This document shows, piece after piece, positions 44,847-52,146 of a stretch of DNA of 52,146 nt; position 1 is the first letter of the stretch, and each line of letters opens with the position of its first letter. Source of the stretch: a bacterium. Its GTDB lineage: Bacteria > J088 > JAWLBW01. The notes beneath the pieces are model-generated. The model was not told the origin of the DNA and did no database searches. It saw only the letters and a list, made by a program, of their open reading frames with translations. The translations under genes and the position numbers were made by a program. Location of the stretch: NCBI GenBank assembly GCA_041690355.1, contig JAWLHK010000013.1:62001-114146 (forward strand), written 5' to 3'.

Positions 44847-46181
44847 ATGCGCGTCGCCGTCATCGGAGCCGGGGCCACCGGGCTCGCCGCCGCCCGCGAG
44901 CTGCACGCGCGCGGCATTTCCGTCGTCGTCTATGACGCCCAGGAGCGCGTCGGCGGCACGGCGTGGACGATCCGCGACGGCGGCTGGCAGGCCGAGTGGG
45001 GCCCGAACACCCTGGCAGCCGGCGACGACGTGGTCGAACTGCTGCGCGGCTTCGGCGTCGCCGAGCTGCTCGTCGACGCCGCGCCGGATGCGACCCGGCG
45101 CTTTCTCGTGCGGAAGGGCCTTCCCCGGGAAGTCCCCACCAAGCCGCCGAAGCTGCTAGCGTCCTCATTGTTCCCGCTGGGGGCCAAGCTGGCCCTCGTG
45201 ACCGAGCCGTGGCGGCGGCCGCGTTCCGCCGAGGCGCCGGAAGAGACCGTGGCCGACTTCGTGCGCCGCCGGCTGAATGACGAGTGGCTGCAGCAGGCCG
45301 TCGGCCCCTTCGTGTCCGGGGTCTACGCCGGCGATCCCGAGAAGCTGAGCCTCCCCGAAGCGTTCCCCCGCATGCAGGCCCTGGAGCAGACCTACGGGAG
45401 CCTCATCAAGGGGGCCGTGAAGCTCGGGCGCACCGGCGCCCTCCGGCGCATGCTGAACGCGCCCGGCGGAATCGGTTCGCTCATGACCGCGCTTGCTGCG
45501 CCGCTCCCCGAGATGCGCTTCGGTTCGCCCCTCGCCGCGCTCAAACGCTCCGGTTCCGCCTGGCGCGTGCGCACGGTCGCGGGCGAGGAGGACTCTTTCG
45601 ATCAGATCGTGCTGACCGTTCCCGCCCATCCGGCCGCCGCCCTGATCCGCCCACTCGATGCGGAACTGGCGGCGCGACTCGAGGCCGTCGATTATCCGCC
45701 CATGGTGGTCGTGCATCACGGCTACGCACGCGACCACGTTGCGCATCCGCTGAACGGATTCGGCGTCCTGATTCCCCGCCGCGAGGGGATCCGCACGCTG
45801 GGCACGCTGTTCCCCTCGAGCATGTTCGCCGGGCGCACCCCCGCCGGCCACGTCCTGCTCACGTCGTACATCGGCGGCGCGCTCGATCGCGACATCCTTT
45901 CCGCTTCTGACGCGGACGTGCTCAGCATCGTCCTCGCCGAGAACGCGTGCCTGTTCGGCATTGGAAGTCCGCCCGCGTGGACGCGCGTCATCCGCGTCGA
46001 ACGGGCCATACCGCAGTACAACCTGGGGCACGGCGGCGTTCGCCAGGCCGCACGGAACACGGAGGAGCGCCTTCGCGGACTCTTCCTGCGCGGAAATTAC
46101 ACCGGCGGCATCGCGCTTGGCGACCGCCTGCTCGCCGGCGTGCAGGCCGCCCGGGATCTGCTATCTTCGGAGACCGCATGA
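44847..46181 (+). CDS. hemG: FAD-dependent proto/coproporphyrinogen oxidase (HemY-type)
   Basis: VIGAGATGLAAA, EWGPNT, SGVYAGD, GFGVLIP, AIPQY; SD GGAGG. Confidence 0.92.
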   Translation: MRVAVIGAGATGLAAARELHARGISVVVYDAQERVGGTAWTIRDGGWQAEWGPNTLAAGDDVVELLRGFGVAELLVDAAPDATRRFLVRKGLPREVPTKPPKLLASSLFPLGAKLALVTEPWRRPRSAEAPEETVADFVRRRLNDEWLQQAVGPFVSGVYAGDPEKLSLPEAFPRMQALEQTYGSLIKGAVKLGRTGALRRMLNAPGGIGSLMTALAAPLPEMRFGSPLAALKRSGSAWRVRTVAGEEDSFDQIVLTVPAHPAAALIRPLDAELAARLEAVDYPPMVVVHHGYARDHVAHPLNGFGVLIPRREGIRTLGTLFPSSMFAGRTPAGHVLLTSYIGGALDRDILSASDADVLSIVLAENACLFGIGSPPAWTRVIRVERAIPQYNLGHGGVRQAARNTEERLRGLFLRGNYTGGIALGDRLLAGVQAARDLLSSETA

Positions 46182-46663
46182 TTCGCATCGTCAACGCCCA
46201 GGGAACCATCATGCTCACGAACGCCGGGGGGGTCGCCTTTCAGATGCCCATGGCGCTTGCGCGGGAGCTTTTCCGCAAGCCGATCGATCAGGTCGAGGAC
46301 CTGCGCCGCTTTCTGGAATTCTGGGGCGGCGACCCCGACGGCATTCGTGCTCTCCTGGAGGACGAGTTTCTCCCCGCCGACCTCGAGAAGGGGATCGAGG
46401 GGCTCGGCCTCGCCCTGGAGACGCTCGTGGATCTGGAACAGGAGCGCACCTTCTTCCGCGACAGCCGCGAACGGGAACCGGCGGAACTCGTCCTGCACCC
46501 CGGCGAGCTGGGGACGCTGGCGAAGATGCTGGGCGAAGAAGGGTACATCGAGAACAATCCCCTGCGTCCCATGCGCGACGAAGCGGGCCGCAAGTATCTC
46601 GAGGGGGCGTTCGGCGTTCCGGTGCGCACCGACGCGACGGTGAAGGTCGGCGGGTTTCGCTGA
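46178..46663 (+). CDS. Hypothetical protein (161 aa) coupled to hemG
   Basis: ATGA overlap with hemG stop; host-like codon usage. Confidence 0.7.
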   Translation: MIRIVNAQGTIMLTNAGGVAFQMPMALARELFRKPIDQVEDLRRFLEFWGGDPDGIRALLEDEFLPADLEKGIEGLGLALETLVDLEQERTFFRDSREREPAELVLHPGELGTLAKMLGEEGYIENNPLRPMRDEAGRKYLEGAFGVPVRTDATVKVGGFR

Positions 46664-46850
46664 GACCGCACTCTACCGGGTGCACAACGGCGGGTGTGCG
46701 CCCCTGACGCTGCCGTCCGGTATCTTCCTACATTTTTGTGCGGATCGATTGGCGCGCGCCTGCCGCACTTTCGTGCACGCGAGAGAACAATTGCGTCGCA
46801 AAAGCGCGTTCGGCCTGGCGGGGCACGTGTCGCCCGCGGCTCCGCCGGGT

Positions 46851-46865
46851 TGGCACGATTGTTGT
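46851..46865 (+). promoter_or_regulatory. Sigma54 (-24/-12) promoter
   Basis: TGGCACG-attg-TTGT versus consensus TGGCACG-N4-TTGC. Confidence 0.6.
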
Positions 46866-46947
46866 GAGGGGAGCTGATGCAAACCATCCACAGGAGTTAC
46901 CCATGAACTGGACGGGTTTGATCACCAACCGAAAGACTGGAGTGCCC

Positions 46948-48126
46948 ATGCGAAACCTATTCGCGCTTCTCGCCGTGACCGTGCTTGCCGGATCGCCCAC
47001 ACTCGCCTTCGCGCAGGACGAAGGGATCCGGGACGATGCCGAAAGCCCGAAGACAGCCGAAGAGCTGCCCGCCGAAACCATGGGCGGCCAGACCGAAACC
47101 CCCGTTGCCGCCCCCGAAGCGGCCCCGGCCGAAGAACCGAAGTTCCCCGAACACGAGTTCAACGGCTGGGTCGACACCTCGTTCGTCTACGACCAGCAGA
47201 GCAACGTCATCGGCTACCAGATGGCCCAGGTCGGCCTGCGCATGGGACACCGCATCAGCGAAAACTATGGCGGCTTCGTGCAGCTCAACGGCTTCAGCAC
47301 GGGAAATGACCTGACGGTGCGCGCCCGCGAAGCCTACGGCTACTATCAGACCGATGAAGGCGGATTCAAGCTGCTTGCCGGCAAGTACTACGCGCCCATC
47401 GGGTTCGAACTGGCCGATCCGCCGGATCTGTACCAGTTCTCGAACAGCCTCGTGTTCACCAACCTGATTCCCACCGAGCTGGTCGGGGCCATGGCGGTGT
47501 TCGGCCTCGGCGACTTCGGCGACTTCAAGCTCTACACCTCGGGCCCGTGGGACAACGATCTCGGCGCGCTCACGATGGGCACGAAGAACTTCGGCGGACG
47601 CCTGGGCATCTCGCTCGGCGATCTGGGCGGCATCGGCCTGAGCGCCGTCGGCGGACCGCAGGTCGACGAAGGCCTGCTGCGCATCGCCTATGACCTGGAT
47701 GCGGCCATCCAGGCCACTGACAAGGTGCTCATCGGCGCCGAAGCGAACCTGAACATGGTCGAAGGGCGCTACGTGGATGCGGCCGGCGCCCCCGCCACCG
47801 GCTTCGCCATGCCCCTCGGCTTCCTGGTCATGACCAACATCGCCTTCACCGACCTCTTCAACCTCACCCTGCGCTACGACATGGTGAAGGATGCGGCCTT
47901 CGACGACGGCGGCGTGCAGTTCCTCGCGTTCGACTATGCGGGTGACGGCCAGACCGACGTGACGTTGAGTTCGATCACGGTGGGCCCGAACTTCCACCTG
48001 GCCGACGGCTGGGACGTCTTCACGGAAGTGCGCTACGACATGGCCAGCGAGCCGCTGTTCACGATCGACGGCAACGCCGAGAAGGGTTCGATGTCGGCCG
48101 CCGCGGAACTGATCTATCAGTTCTGA
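46948..48126 (+). CDS. Outer-membrane beta-barrel porin (putative BBP2/OmpL-like type)
   Basis: Signal peptide AFA; GWVDTSF, AGKYYAPIGFE, LYQFSNS, TLRYD, TEVRYD; terminal IYQF. Confidence 0.8.
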   Translation: MRNLFALLAVTVLAGSPTLAFAQDEGIRDDAESPKTAEELPAETMGGQTETPVAAPEAAPAEEPKFPEHEFNGWVDTSFVYDQQSNVIGYQMAQVGLRMGHRISENYGGFVQLNGFSTGNDLTVRAREAYGYYQTDEGGFKLLAGKYYAPIGFELADPPDLYQFSNSLVFTNLIPTELVGAMAVFGLGDFGDFKLYTSGPWDNDLGALTMGTKNFGGRLGISLGDLGGIGLSAVGGPQVDEGLLRIAYDLDAAIQATDKVLIGAEANLNMVEGRYVDAAGAPATGFAMPLGFLVMTNIAFTDLFNLTLRYDMVKDAAFDDGGVQFLAFDYAGDGQTDVTLSSITVGPNFHLADGWDVFTEVRYDMASEPLFTIDGNAEKGSMSAAAELIYQF

Positions 48127-48153
48127 GCGGGAGCAAAACTAGAGGTATGACAA

Positions 48154-48185
48154 CCCGCCCGGGAGTTTCCCGGGCGGGCTATTTA
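48154..48185. terminator. Hairpin between convergent genes
   Basis: CCCGCCCGGGA-gtt-TCCCGGGCGGG. Confidence 0.7.
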
Positions 48186-48214
48186 CATTTGGGGACATGC
48201 GGAGATCCGCCGTC

Positions 48215-48976
48215 TCACCCGCCGCGCTGAGTCATGAAGCAGGCCATCAGCTCGGCGCGGCTCTTGACCCGGAAACGGCGGTAGATTTTTTCCGTGTACT
48301 TGTGCACCGTGCGGGGGCTCAGTTCGAGCGCCTGAGCGATGGCCCGCTCCGTCTTCCCCGTCAGCAACTGGCGCAACACGTCGTCGAGGTGCTTCGGCAG
48401 CGTCTGCGCGCCCCGGTATTCGTCCTGCGCTTGGCTCAGGATCGCCTTTTCTGCGAGGGCCAGGCTCTTCAACATCGGGTCGAGCATCCGCGCATGATCA
48501 CTGGTGAAGGGGCGATCGAGGCCGCGGCGAAACAGCAGGATGAGCGCGACGACTTCGCCATTTATCGACAGCGGGCATCCCATGACCCCGTTGATATTCT
48601 CGGGGAAGACCAGGTCGGCATAGAACGCCTTCGCGCGACGCTCGGTCGTGGAGTAGACGTCGGTGTCGATAACGGCCCTGTCGCCATGCGAAAGCTGGCA
48701 CCAGGTGGTGATGTCGGGACGGTAGAAATCGGACCGGCGAGTGTACTCGTCCGTGAAGGCCTGGTCCTCATTGAGAAAATAAGCTGGTGCGCCGCCGGTC
48801 CACCGTCCGCCGGGACGGATGGCCGCGCTGTCGCATCCGACAAGTGCCTGCAGGCCGCGCAGGAGTTCTGCGTGAAACTCGTCGCGCGTGGCGGATTGCG
48901 TGGCGTTATCGACCACTTCGGAAATGTATCGTTCGCTGCGCATCGGGGGAATTCGGTCTTCGCGAAAGTTTCGCAT
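48215..48976 (-). CDS. GAF-like sensor plus LuxR-type HTH regulator (start 48976 or 48943)
   Basis: GKTERAIAQALELSPRTVHKYTEKIYRRFRVKSRAEL; GCPL...LILLFR...FT GAF-like segment. Confidence 0.85.
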   Translation of the reverse strand: MRNFREDRIPPMRSERYISEVVDNATQSATRDEFHAELLRGLQALVGCDSAAIRPGGRWTGGAPAYFLNEDQAFTDEYTRRSDFYRPDITTWCQLSHGDRAVIDTDVYSTTERRAKAFYADLVFPENINGVMGCPLSINGEVVALILLFRRGLDRPFTSDHARMLDPMLKSLALAEKAILSQAQDEYRGAQTLPKHLDDVLRQLLTGKTERAIAQALELSPRTVHKYTEKIYRRFRVKSRAELMACFMTQRGG

Positions 48977-49176
48977 ATTCCGGCGGGCAGAGCCAATCGC
49001 ATGACGTGTCGCGGCGTCCTTCCGGCGGCCTCATTGATGTGTAAGTGTCGGTAATTACAAAGTATTAAGTGTGAGGTAGCCGAACGGCTATCTTGAAGAG
49101 CTCTTGGAGAAATCGGTACCATTCGGCCCAAATACCGGCGCCGCATTGCGGCCCGTCCGATTTTTGAGGTAGCACG

Positions 49177-51480
49177 ATGAAACATTTCCTGCGCGGTCGC
49201 GCATTTCTATTCCTGGGTCTTTTCTGCGCGACGGTTACCTGTGCCGGCGAGGATCCTGCCGCTCCCACTACGGGTGAGCTGAAGCTCACGCCCGGCGGCG
49301 ACGGATTCGCGGCCGCCGTGCTCGTCACCTCGTCGAACGTCACCCTCGAGTGGGCTGCGGCCGACGATGATCGTACGCCTCGCGAGAGACTGGAATACCG
49401 GGTTGTCCAGGCGTCGAACGCGACCGCCCTCACGGCCGAGCAACTGCTTGAGGATGGCGAACCCGTCACCGAGTGGACCGCCGCAGTTACCGGCGCGGAG
49501 ATCGGCGGACTGACTCCGCTGGCGAGCTATACCTTCAACGTCGTCGTTCGGGACGAAGACGACAATCTGGCGAGCTACCGGCCCGTGACCGTGTTCATGC
49601 TCGCCGACGACGCGCCGCGCGTGGGTGGTGACGGCGTCCTCACGATCTCCGCCGGAACGGCGAGCGGCTTTCAGCTCGATTGGCAGGCGGCCTCCGACGG
49701 CGAAACGCCTGCGGCCGATCTGGAATACTCGGTGGTTCTCTCGACGACGGGAGCCGTCGATACCGTGGAGCACGCCCTGGCCAACGGCGATCCGGTCCTG
49801 GATTGGACGCCGAACACGACTTCGTACACCGTCGGCGGCCTGGGCGAAGCGCAGGCGTATGCCGTGAACGTACTCGTTCGCGATGCGACGGGGAACATTG
49901 CAGCCTACCGTTACAAGGCCGGGTCGACGCCCGATGTCACGCCGCCGTCCTTCTCCGCGACGCCGCTGGGGTTCAGGAACGTGCGGTCACGGCAGGTCAC
50001 GTTGACCTGGCCGGCGGCCACCGATAACGGAACGCCTGCGAACGAACTTGCATACCGTGCCTTCGTGTCTGACCGGGATGATCTCTCCAGCCTTGCCGCG
50101 GCCCAGACGAACGGCCGCGAAATCACGGCCGGATGGACGACGTCCATCGCCGAGGCGACGGCTTTCGGACTCTCGTCTGAAGTCACGTACTTCTTCAACG
50201 TCTTCGCGCGCGATGCGGCGGGTCTTGTTGCCGCGGCCACGGCCGTGTCGGCGACCACCCTTTCTCTCGAGGCACCCACCCCGGGCGCCGGCGGCACCGT
50301 GTGGCTGGTCGAGGCGGCGAGCTACTCCTTGTCGGTCACCTTCGCCGCCGCGGCCCCGGGCGACGATGTCCTTGGGAACCGGTATCGCGTGTATTATGCG
50401 GCCGGCTCAACCGTGCCCATGGACACCGTCGCCGATGTGCTTGAAAACGGAACGCCGGCGACCGACTGGTCCCTGGATGTGACGTCGGCTGAAATTTCTG
50501 GCCTTGATAGCGGCGCTACCTATCGGATCAACGTGCTCCTCAAGAGCGGCGCCGACGAAATGGCCGCTTACAACGCGATCGTCGCGGGCACGCTCGACCT
50601 TTCACCCCCGACCGTTACGGATGCGACCCTCACGCTCACCGAGGTGACGCCGGGTTGGCTGAAAGTCGAGTGGGTGCCGGCCACGGACAACGTCACGATC
50701 GACCTCGAGTATGCCGTCATGGTTTCAACAGAAAGCGGCACGGTCGCCTCCTGGCCCGTGGGCTCGGACGCCATCGCCGGCTCCTCGGGATGGCTGATGG
50801 CGCAGGCGGATGACGTCAAGTCCCTCTTTGCCGGCCAGACCTACTACGCCAATGTTTTCGTGCGTGACGCCGCCGGAAACGTTTCTGCGTACGGCGTGCA
50901 ATCAGCGACCTTGAGTTCGGCGACGTCGATTATGCTCTACAAGCTCACGGCCGGCGTAGCCACTGTCGAAGGGGGCCTGCGGCGCTCGCGGATGGATCTC
51001 GATAACCTGTGCGGCCTCGATCCCTATTATTTCGCACAAGCTCCCGCGGGATGCATGAGTGGGACGACACGCGGTTTTATCAGCGACAGTGTCGAGGATA
51101 CCGTCCGAGGCATGGCTGCGATGTACGGCTACCCGGGCAATGTGCCGGTGACGAGTTCGAGCGGTGTTGTGGTCGCGACCTCCTGGAGCGCCCTGTTCTC
51201 ATCCAACCTCCAGTCTACGATTGACGCGGCGGGAATCGCCTCGACACGGTATTGGACGTTCTCGCTTGCAACCGGCGAATACGACACCAACACATGCCCT
51301 TCCTCGATACCTGCCGGCTATTGCCACCCCCTCGAACCCTATTGTTCAGGCCCGGACATTCCGGTTACAAGTGTGAAGGGAAGTCCGACCGCGCTCGACG
51401 GCTTTTTTCTTCGTGATGATGGCGCCGCGGAGATCTGCGCTCATGATACCAACCATCTCTGTGTGTGCATTGTGCAGTGA
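49177..51480 (+). CDS. Secreted/lipoprotein with five FN3-like repeats and Cys-rich C-terminal domain
   Basis: Repeats of L.W.AA.D...L.Y...Y.FNV..RD..GN..AY; C-terminal LDNLC...GFISD...YWT...C...HLCVC. Confidence 0.8.
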   Translation: MKHFLRGRAFLFLGLFCATVTCAGEDPAAPTTGELKLTPGGDGFAAAVLVTSSNVTLEWAAADDDRTPRERLEYRVVQASNATALTAEQLLEDGEPVTEWTAAVTGAEIGGLTPLASYTFNVVVRDEDDNLASYRPVTVFMLADDAPRVGGDGVLTISAGTASGFQLDWQAASDGETPAADLEYSVVLSTTGAVDTVEHALANGDPVLDWTPNTTSYTVGGLGEAQAYAVNVLVRDATGNIAAYRYKAGSTPDVTPPSFSATPLGFRNVRSRQVTLTWPAATDNGTPANELAYRAFVSDRDDLSSLAAAQTNGREITAGWTTSIAEATAFGLSSEVTYFFNVFARDAAGLVAAATAVSATTLSLEAPTPGAGGTVWLVEAASYSLSVTFAAAAPGDDVLGNRYRVYYAAGSTVPMDTVADVLENGTPATDWSLDVTSAEISGLDSGATYRINVLLKSGADEMAAYNAIVAGTLDLSPPTVTDATLTLTEVTPGWLKVEWVPATDNVTIDLEYAVMVSTESGTVASWPVGSDAIAGSSGWLMAQADDVKSLFAGQTYYANVFVRDAAGNVSAYGVQSATLSSATSIMLYKLTAGVATVEGGLRRSRMDLDNLCGLDPYYFAQAPAGCMSGTTRGFISDSVEDTVRGMAAMYGYPGNVPVTSSSGVVVATSWSALFSSNLQSTIDAAGIASTRYWTFSLATGEYDTNTCPSSIPAGYCHPLEPYCSGPDIPVTSVKGSPTALDGFFLRDDGAAEICAHDTNHLCVCIVQ

Positions 51481-52146
51481 CGGCTTCGGTCACCTCCCGC
51501 TCCCAGACGGCGGTCACCGGTTTTCTGGCGGTCTTTCTCTGTGCAGTTTGTGCCCGGTTGGTCTTCGTCGCAGCCTTCCGTGCGCACCTTCCTGATGGTG
51601 TGCCATCGTTCGCGACGCTCGCGCACCTGACGGCCGTCGCGCTGTCGTTCGATGCCGCTTATGCGTTGGCGGCGGCGGCGCCGCTCGCGATGGTGGCCGC
51701 GTTCCGCCTGGATCGCTTGGAGCCGTTTGCGTTGGTGTGGCGTGACGCGCTGGCCATCGTCTTCGTCTTCCTGGCGACCGCCGAGATCGGCTATTTCGGC
51801 TACTACGGCAACCGGTTCAACAGCGTCGTGTGGGATGCCTTTCTCGACCGTGAGAGTCTGCGCATCGTCGTCTTGAGCCTGGCCGACGAAGTGCCCCTCG
51901 GTGCACTGTTCCTGGCGACGGCAGTTGCCGGCACGCTTGTCGTGTTCGTGCTTCGCCTCGGCACCCCCAAGTGGCATGCCGGCCGATTGGGGACCGCACT
52001 TGCGCTCTTTCTCGCGGTTGCCGGGGCTTTCGCCATGCCCCGCCTGGCCGGCGAGATCTACCGGCCCTTCGTGACGCGTAACTACTTCCTCAATTCCGTG
52101 CCCGACAATCCGGTCTTTGCGCTTGCACGGGGCTATCATGCCAGGC
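51477..52146 (+). CDS. LTA-synthase/sulfatase-family membrane protein, N-terminal TM region, 3'-truncated (absent from ORF track)
   Basis: GTGA overlap with upstream stop; translation gives TM helices with LSFDAAY, AEIGYFGYYGNRFN, FLNSVPDNPVF. Confidence 0.7.
   Translation, partial: MTASVTSRSQTAVTGFLAVFLCAVCARLVFVAAFRAHLPDGVPSFATLAHLTAVALSFDAAYALAAAAPLAMVAAFRLDRLEPFALVWRDALAIVFVFLATAEIGYFGYYGNRFNSVVWDAFLDRESLRIVVLSLADEVPLGALFLATAVAGTLVVFVLRLGTPKWHAGRLGTALALFLAVAGAFAMPRLAGEIYRPFVTRNYFLNSVPDNPVFALARGYHAR

Noticed and set aside
51441-52139. 232-aa minus-strand ORF at the window end
   Set aside because: The plus-strand frame from 51477 gives a coherent multi-TM LTA-synthase-like protein; this ORF is its shadow

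Overview
GC-rich bacterial chromosomal window; the gene content suggests a diderm of deltaproteobacterial/Myxococcota type (inference). Housekeeping content: ilvE (partial), a methyltransferase, a PHP-Slt-Omp85/peptidase operon, xerD, a Tat phosphoesterase, a CBS-type tRNA nucleotidyltransferase, rnr, an AMIN protein, tRNA-Val, thrS-infC-rpmI-rplT-pheS-pheT-ihfA-merR, tRNA-Pro, hemE-hemH-hemG, a sigma54-preceded porin, a LuxR regulator, an FN3 surface protein and an LTA-synthase-like gene (partial). The standout is a four-gene, 14-kb DUF11 operon (12489-26467) that looks like a self-contained covalent fibre/pilus system. The 813-aa major subunit has a C-terminal DUF11 domain lacking its last strands and carries matching strands (with the conserved Asn) at its N-terminus; its only lysine sits at the predicted isopeptide position. 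A 2595-aa OmpA/beta-barrel protein has only the donor strands (base), a 1061-aa protein has only the acceptor domain (tip), and a 149-aa acceptor-only protein lacks the Lys/Asp residues (chaperone-like). A CRP-type box precedes the operon and a terminator follows the major subunit. Also present: a ~1-kb integrase-less islet at tRNA-Pro, an orphan antitoxin, degenerate heptamer arrays and several structured intergenic leaders. All calls were made by eye; no searches were run.
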